Shown in pieces: positions 6,780 to 16,057 of a DNA stretch of 64,000 nt (positions are counted from its first letter, which is position 1; the number at the start of each line of letters is the position of its first letter). Source of the DNA: Myxococcales bacterium (GTDB taxonomy: Bacteria > Desulfobacterota > Binatia > HRBIN30); NCBI GenBank assembly GCA_037445065.1, contig JBBILD010000006.1, forward strand, positions 32,001 through 96,000, read 5' to 3'. The notes beneath the pieces were generated by a model that saw only the letters and a program-made list of their open reading frames with translations, ran no database searches and was not told where the DNA came from. The position numbers were made by a program, and so were the translations under genes.

Positions 6780-9431
6780 ATGGCAGAGCTGAGTAAGACA
6801 TACGATCCGTCGCGCGTCGAGGACCGCTGGTACGCATTCTGGGAGGAGCACGGGTACTTTTACGCGGACGAGGAACGGCCCGGACCGCGTTTCAGCATCG
6901 TCATCCCTCCGCCCAACATCACGGGTACGCTGACTATGGGCCATGTCCTGAACAACACGCTGCAGGACATCTTGGTGCGTTTCAAACGTATGCAGGGCAT
7001 GGTCACTCTGTGGCTGCCGGGAACCGACCACGCTGGGATTGCCACGCAAAACGTGGTGGAAAAGCAGTTGGCGAAGGAGGGGCTCAGCCGCCACCAGTTG
7101 GGGCGCGAGGAGTTCGAACGGCGCGTCTGGCAGTGGAAGGAAAAGTACGGGTCCACGATTTTGCGCCAGCTCAAAAAGCTCGGGGCTTCGTGCGACTGGC
7201 GGCGCGAGCGGTTTACCCTCGATCCGGGTTTGTCTCGCGCGGTCCGGGAAGTATTCGTGCGGCTGTACGAGAAGGGCCTCGTGTACCGTGGCCAGCGGAT
7301 CATCCACTGGTGTGTTCGCTGCCACACTGCTTTGTCGGATGAAGAGGCGATCGTAGTCGAAGGCGGAGAGGCGGGCTTTTTGTGGTACGTGCGGTACCCG
7401 GCGGAGGATGGCGGCGCCGGGGTTGTGGTCGCAACCACGCGGCCCGAGACCATGCTGGGAGACACGGCGGTTGCGGTGCATCCTGAGGACGACCGCTACC
7501 GTTCCCTGCTGGGCAAGCGCGTGCGCCTGCCGCTCGTCAACCGGTTGATCCCGGTGGTCGCCGATCCCGCCGTGGACCCGCAATTCGGTACCGGGGCGGT
7601 CAAAGTGACCCCGGCGCACGACGCGGCCGATTTCGAGATCAGCCAGCGCCACGGTTTGCCCGCCCTCGTGGTGCTCGACAGCGAGGGCAAAGTCAACGAG
7701 AACGGCGGGCCGTACCGAGGGCTCGATCGCTTCACGGCGCGCAAGCGGATCGTGGAGGATCTGGAGAAAGAAGGCTGGCTCGAGCGGACGGAACCGTACC
7801 GCGTCCCCGTGCGCCGCTGCGAGCGCTGCCAGACCGTGATCGAGCCCTACCTCTCGACGCAGTGGTTTGTCCGCATGAAACCTTTGGCCGAGCCGGCCCT
7901 GGAGGCGGTCCGGCGCGGTGAGCTGCAGTTGATTCCGGGGCGATGGACCGGTGTGTACCTCCACTGGCTCGAGAACATCCGCGACTGGTGCATCAGCCGC
8001 CAGTTGTGGTGGGGGCACCGCATCCCAGTGTGGTACTGCGCGCGGTGCGGGAAAGAAACCGTGGCCCGCACGGATCCGCAGGTCTGCGCCCACTGTGGCG
8101 CGCGCGAGATCGAGCAGGACGCGGACGTCCTCGACACTTGGTTCAGCTCCTGGTTGTGGCCGTTTTCCACCATGGGGTGGCCCGAGCGCACCCGTACGCT
8201 GGAGCGGTTCTACCCGACCGATGTGCTGATCACCGGCGCCGACATTATTTTTTTCTGGGTGGCGCGCATGGTCATGGCTGGATACGAGTTCATGGGCGCT
8301 TGCCCGTTCCGGCAGGTATACTTCAACAGCATCGTGCGCGACCTCCAGGGGCGCAAGATGTCGAAATCGCTCGGTAACTCGCCCGATCCTTTGGAAGTCA
8401 TCGAGGAGTACGGCGCCGACGCCTTGCGCTTCACGATCGTGGTCTTGGCTCCGCCTGGGGAAGACGTTCGCTACGCGAAAGAGAAAACGGAACTCGGGCG
8501 GCATTTTGCCAACAAACTGTGGAATGCGGCACGGTTCGTCTTACGGGCGGTAGAGGACAGCGAGACTCTGGCCCCGCCAGATGTCTCCGCCCCGGACCTC
8601 GCCGCCGTGGACCGCTGGATTCTGTCTCGCCTGCAGCGGGTGGTGAGCGAAGTGCGCGCGGCGCTCGACGCTTTCCGCTTCAATGACGCGGCACTTGGGA
8701 TCTATCAGTTTCTGTGGCACGAGTACTGCGACTGGTACATCGAGATGAGCAAGTTGGCTCTTGCAGACCCTTCCTCACCAGCCCGCCCACTGGCAGCGCG
8801 CGTGCTCACCCACGTGTTGGAAACGTCTTTGCGCCTCCTGCATCCGGTGATGCCGTTTGTCACCGAAGAGCTGTGGCAGCACCTCCCGGTTTCAAAAGCC
8901 GCGCCGAGCATCATGATCGCACCATATCCCTCCGCGCAGGAAGAGTGGCTGAACCCGGAGGCCGAAGTGCAGGTGGAACGCCTGATGGGAGTGATCCGTG
9001 CGGTGCGGAACATCCGCGCCGAGTTGGGTCTGGTGCCCAACTTGCCTTTGCCAGTGCGCTTGCCGCACGCGGTGGACGAGCAAACCCTGCAGCTCGCCCG
9101 CCGCTACGCTCCCTTGCTCGCCAAGGCACGCGAGGTGGAGCGGCTCGCTCCGGGAGAGCATCCCAGCGGAGAGCCGTCGGCGCTGGTGGAGGGCGTGGGA
9201 GAGGTGTTCGTGTTGCTGCGCGGGCTTGTGGAAACGGAGGAGGTGCGTGAGCGGCTCGCGCGCGATCTCGCCAAGGTGGAAAAGGAACTGCAGCAGGTGG
9301 AAGGAAAATTGGCGCGGACGGACTTCGTGCAACGGGCTCCGGCGGAGGTGGTCCAGAAGGAACGCGAGCGCGCCAGCGCGTTGCGGAGTCGGGCGGCGAG
9401 TTTAGAGCGGCATCTGCAAGCGCTGCGCTAG
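6780..9431 (+). CDS. valS: Valine--tRNA ligase
   Basis: PPPNITGTLTMGH (HIGH-like), DHAGIATQ, DWCISRQLWWGH, KMSKS, C-terminal coiled coil. Confidence 0.98.
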   Translation: MAELSKTYDPSRVEDRWYAFWEEHGYFYADEERPGPRFSIVIPPPNITGTLTMGHVLNNTLQDILVRFKRMQGMVTLWLPGTDHAGIATQNVVEKQLAKEGLSRHQLGREEFERRVWQWKEKYGSTILRQLKKLGASCDWRRERFTLDPGLSRAVREVFVRLYEKGLVYRGQRIIHWCVRCHTALSDEEAIVVEGGEAGFLWYVRYPAEDGGAGVVVATTRPETMLGDTAVAVHPEDDRYRSLLGKRVRLPLVNRLIPVVADPAVDPQFGTGAVKVTPAHDAADFEISQRHGLPALVVLDSEGKVNENGGPYRGLDRFTARKRIVEDLEKEGWLERTEPYRVPVRRCERCQTVIEPYLSTQWFVRMKPLAEPALEAVRRGELQLIPGRWTGVYLHWLENIRDWCISRQLWWGHRIPVWYCARCGKETVARTDPQVCAHCGAREIEQDADVLDTWFSSWLWPFSTMGWPERTRTLERFYPTDVLITGADIIFFWVARMVMAGYEFMGACPFRQVYFNSIVRDLQGRKMSKSLGNSPDPLEVIEEYGADALRFTIVVLAPPGEDVRYAKEKTELGRHFANKLWNAARFVLRAVEDSETLAPPDVSAPDLAAVDRWILSRLQRVVSEVRAALDAFRFNDAALGIYQFLWHEYCDWYIEMSKLALADPSSPARPLAARVLTHVLETSLRLLHPVMPFVTEELWQHLPVSKAAPSIMIAPYPSAQEEWLNPEAEVQVERLMGVIRAVRNIRAELGLVPNLPLPVRLPHAVDEQTLQLARRYAPLLAKAREVERLAPGEHPSGEPSALVEGVGEVFVLLRGLVETEEVRERLARDLAKVEKELQQVEGKLARTDFVQRAPAEVVQKERERASALRSRAASLERHLQALR

Positions 9432-9450
9432 GAGGGGGAGCCATGGCTGT

Positions 9451-9504
9451 GTTCGTTCGTTCGTTGGGGATCGCGCGAGGGCGGGCGGCAACGAACGGGC
9501 GAAC
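9451..9504 (+). other. 16-bp inverted repeat (hairpin) between valS and nadC
   Basis: GTTCGTTCGTTCGTTG (9451-9466) pairs fully with CAACGAACGGGCGAAC (9489-9504), with two G-U pairs. Confidence 0.55.
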
Positions 9505-9564
9505 GTGTGGAAGCCCGCATACCGCGGGACCGTGCGGTGCCGATACCGCGGGGCGGAGAAGCGC

Positions 9565-10419
9565 ATGAGTCTGCTCGCCCTGCCCCAAGTGGGCGAATTG
9601 CTGCAGCGGGCTTTGGCAGAGGACCTCGGCTGGGGTGATTGGACCAGCACGGTAACGGTGGGGGCCGAGGTGCAGGGCAAGGGAGTCATCCGCGCCAAAG
9701 GGCACGGGGTGCTGGCGGGAAGCGAATTGGTGGAAGGCTTGGCCGAGCTTCAGCCGGGGGTGGTGGTGGTGTCGCGGCTTGCAGACGGAGCCGAACTCGC
9801 TCGTGGGACGGAGGTGGCTGTGCTGCGCGGGCCCGCGCGGAGCTTGCTCGCGCTCGAGCGCGTAACTCTCAATTTTCTCATGCACCTGAGTGGGGTGGCA
9901 ACGCTGACCCGCCAGTTCGTGCGCGCTGTGCAAGGAACCCGCGCGCGCATCGTAGACACGCGCAAGACTTTGCCGGGTTTGCGCCTGCTGCAAAAGTACG
10001 CGGTGCGTGTTGGGGGTGGCTCGAATCATCGCTTTGGCTTGAGCGACGGCATCTTGATCAAGAACAACCACATTACCGCGGCCGGCGGGGTGGCGACGGC
10101 CGTCCGGCTCGCCTTGGCAGCCGCCCCGCACACCATGCGGGTCGAAGTCGAGTGCCGCACCCTAGCCGAAGTGGAGGAGGCACTTGCCGCTGGTGCCAGC
10201 GCCATTTTGCTCGACAATATGTCGCTGGAGCAGATGCGTGAGGCGGTGCGGCGGATCGCTGGGCGTGCCCTGACGGAGGCCTCGGGCGGGGTTCGCTTGG
10301 ACAATGTCCGCGCCCTTGCCGAGTGCGGTGTGGACTTGATTTCGGTCGGAGCGCTTACCCACTCGGCCCCGGCAGTAGACCTGCACATGGAACTCGTGTG
10401 TGCACAGGAGGAGGCGTGA
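9565..10419 (+). CDS. nadC: Nicotinate-nucleotide pyrophosphorylase (carboxylating)
   Basis: ALAED, ERVTLNFL, DTRKTLPGLR, HRFGLSD, EVEC, LLDNM, EASGG, SVGALTHS. Confidence 0.96.
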   Translation: MSLLALPQVGELLQRALAEDLGWGDWTSTVTVGAEVQGKGVIRAKGHGVLAGSELVEGLAELQPGVVVVSRLADGAELARGTEVAVLRGPARSLLALERVTLNFLMHLSGVATLTRQFVRAVQGTRARIVDTRKTLPGLRLLQKYAVRVGGGSNHRFGLSDGILIKNNHITAAGGVATAVRLALAAAPHTMRVEVECRTLAEVEEALAAGASAILLDNMSLEQMREAVRRIAGRALTEASGGVRLDNVRALAECGVDLISVGALTHSAPAVDLHMELVCAQEEA

Positions 10420-11222
10420 TGCAGTTGGACGTGGCCCGCCTGCGGCAGGCTTTAGAAGGGCAACGGATCGGGGTTCCGCTGGTGTATCGGGAATCCACAG
10501 GGTCGACCAACGACGACGCCATGGAACTCGGCCGTCGAGGCGCAGAAGAGGGCACGACGGTGCTCGCCGATCAGCAAAGCCGCGGCCGCGGCCGCCTGGG
10601 GAGGCGCTGGGAATCCCCGCCGGGGCGGAACTTGTACCTGTCGGTCGTGTTGCGCCCGCCGGTTCCCACCGCCGATGCGCCCCAGTTGGGGATCGTAGCT
10701 GGGGTGGCCGTGGTGGAGGCCATTCGCCGCTGGCTGCCGGAAGCAGTGCTAAAGTGGCCGAACGACGTCCTGGTTGCAGGGCGCAAAATCGCCGGGATCC
10801 TGGTGGAAATGGCCGCCAAGGAGGAGGCGGTGGACTTTGTCGTCGTCGGCATTGGGATCAACGTGAATCTGCACCTCGACGATCTACCCGCAGAGCTGCA
10901 GCAGACAGCGGGAAGTATCGCCCAAGCGCTCGGACGGGAAGTAGACCGCACTGAAGTTGCCCTCGCGGTGCTCGAGCAATTGGAGCAAGAATACGAGCGT
11001 TACTTGCAACACGGTTTTGCGCCGATCCGCACGCGCTGGCTCGACCGCGCCGGCATCCTCGACCGCAGGCTTGTGGTGGACAGCGGCCGTGCAAAACAGG
11101 AGGGGATTGCTGTGGGCTTGAGCGAGACGGGAGCTCTGCAGCTCCAGCGCGACGACGGCACTGTGGTCGAGATTCTTTCTGGCGATGTGACCTTGCATGA
11201 ACCAGTTGGTACTCGCGATTGA
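10419..11222 (+). CDS. birA: Biotin--[acetyl-CoA carboxylase] ligase (no N-terminal HTH)
   Basis: STND, QSRGRGRLGRRW, LKWPND, KIAGILVE, GIGINVN. Confidence 0.95.
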   Translation: MQLDVARLRQALEGQRIGVPLVYRESTGSTNDDAMELGRRGAEEGTTVLADQQSRGRGRLGRRWESPPGRNLYLSVVLRPPVPTADAPQLGIVAGVAVVEAIRRWLPEAVLKWPNDVLVAGRKIAGILVEMAAKEEAVDFVVVGIGINVNLHLDDLPAELQQTAGSIAQALGREVDRTEVALAVLEQLEQEYERYLQHGFAPIRTRWLDRAGILDRRLVVDSGRAKQEGIAVGLSETGALQLQRDDGTVVEILSGDVTLHEPVGTRD

Positions 11223-12006
11223 CGTCGGAAACACACACACGGTGCTCGGCGTGTTCGCCGCGGAGCGCTTGCTTTGCCACTGGCGTTTGAAAACCAACCG
11301 TCACCGTACCGCTGACGAGTATGGATTTTATCTCGAGGCACTCCTGCGCCAGCAGCGAGTCGGAAGGGTGGACGGCGTAGCCGTGTCCTCCGTCGTTCCG
11401 CCAGTTACGGCCACGTTGCGCCAGTTCAGCGAGCGCTTTCTAGGCCTCCCGGCGCACGTGATTTCTGCCGACGACCTGGTCGAGATGCCCATTTTGTACG
11501 ACGACCCGCGCCAGCTCGGCACCGACCGCTTGGCCAATGTAGTTGCGGCGTACGAGCGGACTCGCTCCGCCACCATCGTGGTGGACTGTGGAACCGCTAC
11601 CAAGTTCGAATTCGTCGCTGCCGACGGCGCGTATTGGGGCGGAGCGATCGCACCCGGACTCGGCATCGCCGCGGACGCCTTGTTCGCTCGCGCGGCGCGC
11701 TTGTACCGCGTGCCCTTTTCGTGGCCCGCGACGGTCATTGGCCGCAACACCGTGAGCGCCTTGCAGGCCGGGCTCATGCATGGACACGCAGCGTTGGTTG
11801 ATGGCATGGTGAGCCACATGCAGCGCGAGACGGGTACTTCTGCTCGAGTGGTTGCCACCGGAGGCTATGCAGCGCTGCTGGCTCCCTACTGCGGCTGCGT
11901 GGACGAGGTCGCCGAGTTTCTGACCCTGGAAGGAATTCGCTTGATTTACCATCGCCGCAACGTGCAAGGAGAGCAGCCGCGAGCTGCCAGAGGAGAAACG
12001 TCCTAA
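11197..12006 (+). CDS. coaX: Type III pantothenate kinase, copy 1
   Basis: IDVGNT, SSVVP, GTDR, VDCGTAT, GGAIAPG, ATGG, LTLEG. Confidence 0.92.
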   Translation: MNQLVLAIDVGNTHTVLGVFAAERLLCHWRLKTNRHRTADEYGFYLEALLRQQRVGRVDGVAVSSVVPPVTATLRQFSERFLGLPAHVISADDLVEMPILYDDPRQLGTDRLANVVAAYERTRSATIVVDCGTATKFEFVAADGAYWGGAIAPGLGIAADALFARAARLYRVPFSWPATVIGRNTVSALQAGLMHGHAALVDGMVSHMQRETGTSARVVATGGYAALLAPYCGCVDEVAEFLTLEGIRLIYHRRNVQGEQPRAARGETS

Positions 12007-12786
12007 ATGGCGGGGGAGTTGTTTTTAGCCATTGACGTGAGCAACACCCAAACCGTCCTCGGCTTGTTTTCCGGACCGAACCTGCAACACACTTGGCGGC
12101 TGGAAACCGATACCAGCCGCACCGCCGACGAGTATGCGGTGATTGTACGCAGCTTGCTCTCGCGCGCTGGCGAGCCGCGCATCGAAGCGGTGGCGGTGGC
12201 ATCGTCCGTGCCCGCGATGGTGGCGATCGTGGAAGCGTTGTGCCGCGACGTTTTTGGCTGCAGCCCGCTCGTGGTCGGTCCCGGCGTGCGCACGGGAATG
12301 CCCATCTTGTACGATAAGCCGCAAGAGGTGGGGCCGGATCGCATCGTGAACGCGCTCGCCGCGTATGCGCGCACGCACACCACCACGATCGTGGTGGACC
12401 TCAGTACGGCAACGATTTTCGACTTCATCTCTGCGCGTGGGGAATACGTTGGCGGGGTGATCGCTCCCGGGCTCGGCATTGCCAGCGATGCGCTGTTCGA
12501 GCGTGCGGCGCGGCTGTATCGGGTGGAGTTGCGCCGGCCCCCGCAGGTGATCGGGCGCAATACCGTTCACGCCATCCAGTCGGGGTTGATTTACGGCTAC
12601 GTGTCACTGGTGGATGGCATCGTCGAGCGGATTTGCCGGGAGACTGCTTCCTCCCCGCGGGTGATCGCCACCGGCACTTACGCGGAACTCATTGCACCTG
12701 CCTCGGCAGTCATTCACGAAGTGGACGAGCACCTCACGCTCGAGGGCTTGCGAATCGTTTACGAGCGAAACAGAGACAAAAGATAG
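12007..12786 (+). CDS. coaX: Type III pantothenate kinase, copy 2
   Basis: IDVSNT, SSVP, GPDR, VDLSTAT, GGVIAPG, LTLEGL; tandem paralog of copy 1. Confidence 0.88.
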   Translation: MAGELFLAIDVSNTQTVLGLFSGPNLQHTWRLETDTSRTADEYAVIVRSLLSRAGEPRIEAVAVASSVPAMVAIVEALCRDVFGCSPLVVGPGVRTGMPILYDKPQEVGPDRIVNALAAYARTHTTTIVVDLSTATIFDFISARGEYVGGVIAPGLGIASDALFERAARLYRVELRRPPQVIGRNTVHAIQSGLIYGYVSLVDGIVERICRETASSPRVIATGTYAELIAPASAVIHEVDEHLTLEGLRIVYERNRDKR

Positions 12787-12796
12787 GAGCGAAGCC

Positions 12797-14881
12797 ATGG
12801 CAGAGGATGTCAAGCTGGTGCGGACGGTCGGCATCGTAGGGCAGGGGGGCGTGGGCAAGACTTCTCTTGCCGACGCGTTACTGTTTGCGGCGGGGGCGGT
12901 CAATCGGCTGGGTAGAGTGGACGATGGGAGTTCGAACTTCGACTTCGAGCCGGAGGAGATTCGTCGCAAGATTTCCTTGACCACCGCGATTTTCCATTTC
13001 CCCTGGAAAAAGCATTCGATCCACCTGCTCGACATGCCGGGTTACTCCAACTTTTTGACCGACACCCTCTTGTGCATGCGCGCCTGCACCGGCCTGGTCT
13101 ACGTGCAAGCACCGGCCGCAGGCGAGATTCGCGTGGAAGCTGAAAAGGTGTGGAACCGGGCCGCCGAACTCGAATTGCCGGTGGTTGCCTTTGTGACCCG
13201 CATGGATCGTGAGAACGCGAGTTTCGAGGCGGCCATCGAGGACATGAAAAAGGTGCTGGGTGCCAAGCCTGTCCCCCTGCAAGTGCCGCTCGGTCAAGCC
13301 GAACAGTTCCGGGGCGCGATTGACTTGCTGAGCATGAAGGCCCTGGTCGCCAGCGACGACGGGTACCGTGAGGAGCCGATTCCGGCAGATCTCGCCGATG
13401 CTGCCCAGAGCGCACGCGAGACCCTGATCGAACTTGCTGCCGATGCGGACGACGAGTTCACGGAAGCCTACCTGGAAAACGGGACGCTGACCGACGAAGA
13501 ACTCACGCGCGCCCTGCAGCTCGGTACGCTCAAGCGCCGTTTTGTTCCCGTGCTTTGCGGTGCCGGCAGCAAAGGCATCGGTGCGGCCGCCTTGCTCGAC
13601 GCGATCGTGAGGTTTTTGGGCTCGGCCGTAGAGCAAGGAAAGCGAACCGGAAAAGACCCTAAGCTGGGAGTCGAAATCGAGCGCCTTCCCGACGTGAACG
13701 AGCCCTTCTCGGCGGTGGTGTTCAAAACCATCGTGGATCCTTTTGCCGGCCGCTTGTCCTTGCTGCGCGTGATTTCCGGCAAAGCGGTGCCAGACTCGAC
13801 GGTACTCAACACCAGCAAGGACGCCCGCGAGCGCCTCGGTCACCTCCTGATGCTCCACGGCAAAAAACAAAGCGCGGTGGGCGCGGCCATTCCCGGTGAC
13901 ATCGTGGCGGTCGCCAAGCTCAAGGAAACCATGACGGGCGATACGCTGGCCGACGAAAAGGCCCCGATCGTCTACGAGCGCGACATATTACCCCCTCCGG
14001 CGATCTCCTTTGCCATCGAACCGAAGAGCAAGGGGGATGAAGAGAAAGCCACGCAAGCGCTGCAAAAGATGATGGAGGAGGATCCTTCGCTCGAGCTGCA
14101 CCGCGATTCACAGACGCGCGAACTCATCTTGTCCGGCGTGGATCAGTTGCACCTCGAAGTGGTGATCGAACGACTCAAGAGAAAATACGGCGCCGAGGTG
14201 GAACTCAAAGCGCCTAAGGTGCCCTATAAGGAAACCATCAAAGGCCGCGCCAAGGCGCAGGGCAAGCTCAAAAAACAAACCGGCGGGCGCGGGCAGTACG
14301 GAGACACGTGGCTCGAAGTGGAGCCGCTGCCGCGCGGCGCAGGCTTCGAGTTCGTGGACAAAATCGTCGGCGGTGTGGTACCCCGCCAGTACATCCCCGC
14401 AGTGGAGAAGGGGGTGCGCGAGGCGATGGCCGAGGGCTTTCTGGCGCATTACCCGATGACCGATATCCGCGTCACGCTCTACGACGGCTCCTACCACGAG
14501 GTGGACTCCTCCGAGATGGCCTTCAAAATCGCTGCTTCGTTGGGCTTCAAAAACGCGGTGGCGCAAGCCAAACCGGTGCTTCTCGAACCGATTGTGAACA
14601 TGGAGATCACTGTGCCCGACGAGTGCATGGGAGACGTGATCGGCGACCTCAACAGCCGGCGCGGGAAAGTGCTCGGGGTGGACGCCAAACCGGGCTCCCA
14701 GGTGATCAAGGCGCAAGTGCCGCTGGCGGAGGTGCTGCGTTACTCGCCCGACTTGCGTAGCCTCACCAGCGGGCGCGGCTCCTTTACGATGGCGTTTTCT
14801 CACTACGAAGAGGTTCCGGCCCACATTGCGGAACGGATCATTAAGGAAGCGGAAGCGGCCCGCGCTGCGAAGCAAGGATGA
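12797..14881 (+). CDS. fusA2: Elongation factor G-like protein (EF-G2 type)
   Basis: GQGGVGKT, DMPGY, TRMD, KKQTGGRGQYG, GSYHEVDSSEMAFK, five-domain EF-G length; not in an str operon. Confidence 0.9.
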   Translation: MAEDVKLVRTVGIVGQGGVGKTSLADALLFAAGAVNRLGRVDDGSSNFDFEPEEIRRKISLTTAIFHFPWKKHSIHLLDMPGYSNFLTDTLLCMRACTGLVYVQAPAAGEIRVEAEKVWNRAAELELPVVAFVTRMDRENASFEAAIEDMKKVLGAKPVPLQVPLGQAEQFRGAIDLLSMKALVASDDGYREEPIPADLADAAQSARETLIELAADADDEFTEAYLENGTLTDEELTRALQLGTLKRRFVPVLCGAGSKGIGAAALLDAIVRFLGSAVEQGKRTGKDPKLGVEIERLPDVNEPFSAVVFKTIVDPFAGRLSLLRVISGKAVPDSTVLNTSKDARERLGHLLMLHGKKQSAVGAAIPGDIVAVAKLKETMTGDTLADEKAPIVYERDILPPPAISFAIEPKSKGDEEKATQALQKMMEEDPSLELHRDSQTRELILSGVDQLHLEVVIERLKRKYGAEVELKAPKVPYKETIKGRAKAQGKLKKQTGGRGQYGDTWLEVEPLPRGAGFEFVDKIVGGVVPRQYIPAVEKGVREAMAEGFLAHYPMTDIRVTLYDGSYHEVDSSEMAFKIAASLGFKNAVAQAKPVLLEPIVNMEITVPDECMGDVIGDLNSRRGKVLGVDAKPGSQVIKAQVPLAEVLRYSPDLRSLTSGRGSFTMAFSHYEEVPAHIAERIIKEAEAARAAKQG

Positions 14882-15405
14882 ATCCCAGCGCCGAGGAAAT
14901 CGCCCGCATTGCGAGCGAGATCGAGCGCGGCACCGATCCCTACGAGGTGCCCGCCGAGATGCTCGAAGAACCCACAGAGAAGCGGCCTGTCAATAAAAGC
15001 TTGTACGCTCGCATCGGGAGCATGAGCGTGGGGGAAAAGATCAAGCTCGCTTTGCTCGGCAATCGCGAGGCGCGCGCTCTTCTCGTTCGCGACACCAACC
15101 GCATGATTGCCCGCTTCGTGCTGCGCAACCCGCGCCTCACCGAGGAAGAGGTGCTCATGATCGCCCGCAATCGGAACATTGACAGCGAGATCCTCCGCGA
15201 GATCGCCGAGCACAAGCTGTGGCCGCGGAATTACCAGATCCGCCATGCGCTGGTAACGAACCCAAAGACGCCGCTGGCTAGCGCCTTGCACTTTGTCGGC
15301 ATGCTGCACGAGCGCGACCTGCGCTTCTTGGCCAAGAGCAAAAACGTTTCGGCGACGATCGTTTCGCACGCGCGCCGCGTCCTGGCGCAGCGCGGTAAGA
15401 TGTAA
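14878..15405 (+). CDS. Conserved hypothetical helical-repeat protein (leucine-rich-variant-like)
   Basis: EKIKLALLGNREAR.LL.RD, LRNPRLT, LVTNPKTP repeats; start overlaps the EF-G2 stop (ATGA). Confidence 0.75.
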   Translation: MNPSAEEIARIASEIERGTDPYEVPAEMLEEPTEKRPVNKSLYARIGSMSVGEKIKLALLGNREARALLVRDTNRMIARFVLRNPRLTEEEVLMIARNRNIDSEILREIAEHKLWPRNYQIRHALVTNPKTPLASALHFVGMLHERDLRFLAKSKNVSATIVSHARRVLAQRGKM

Positions 15406-15994
15406 GGAAAGTAATGGCCTCCGAAAGCTCGGTCGGCACCGGCGAATCGAAGCGCGGCAACCGCTGAGCGCTACCTGACCGCACCCTCGCACCTGCGGCT
15501 CGCTCATTGTCTCCCGCAAGCGGCGGCCGGCGCGAGCAGGCGCGCGTGATCAAGGGGGCGCCGGCAAGCCTGTGTCCAGACACCTCTTGGCGAGGATTTG
15601 CCTCGAGACGCGGCGGGCATCGCCCAGCTGACGGGTGCCGAACTTCTCGCGCGGAGCGTTACGGCGAGTCACCGAATCGGAGACACCTCGCTGCCGATTC
15701 CGACGGCACGCTTCCAGGCGCAGCCGACGCGCTCGAAAAGCACCATGCTGGAAACGGGGCGGCGCGGGCTCGCCAACGAACGATCCGTGCACCGAGCGTT
15801 GAGGCGCGGCGGCTCAACCGGTGTTCCCATGCTGGGCGCGGTTGGGATGCCGCATGTCGGCCGCGCAGGCATCGCTCGCTCGGGTTCCGCGCTGGCCGCG
15901 GACCCCCCCCACGGCCCCGCATCCTCCGAACGCACGGCAAGATTCTCTCCGCGGCGAGATTGGCCCTCGGAACAGAAAGCCGGGACCCTCGGGG

Positions 15995-16038
15995 TATGTC
16001 TGGACATAACTTGACAGAACCTGACAATCGGCTACGCT
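15995..16038 (+). promoter_or_regulatory. Promoter with overlapping tandem-repeat operator (CarH/LitR type)
   Basis: TGGACA-TAAC-TTGACA-GAAC-CTGACA (10-bp period); middle copy is a perfect -35 (16011-16016), with TACGCT 16 nt downstream; near-palindrome TATGTCTGGACATA at the 5' end. Confidence 0.75.
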
Positions 16039-16057
16039 CGCGAGCGTGGAGACTGCC

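Noticed and set aside
6720..8504. 594-aa minus-strand ORF and other long antisense ORFs (e.g. 58018-59676, 46702-48009)
   Set aside because: Antisense shadows of valS, the hydrolase and msbA, caused by GC-rich codon bias
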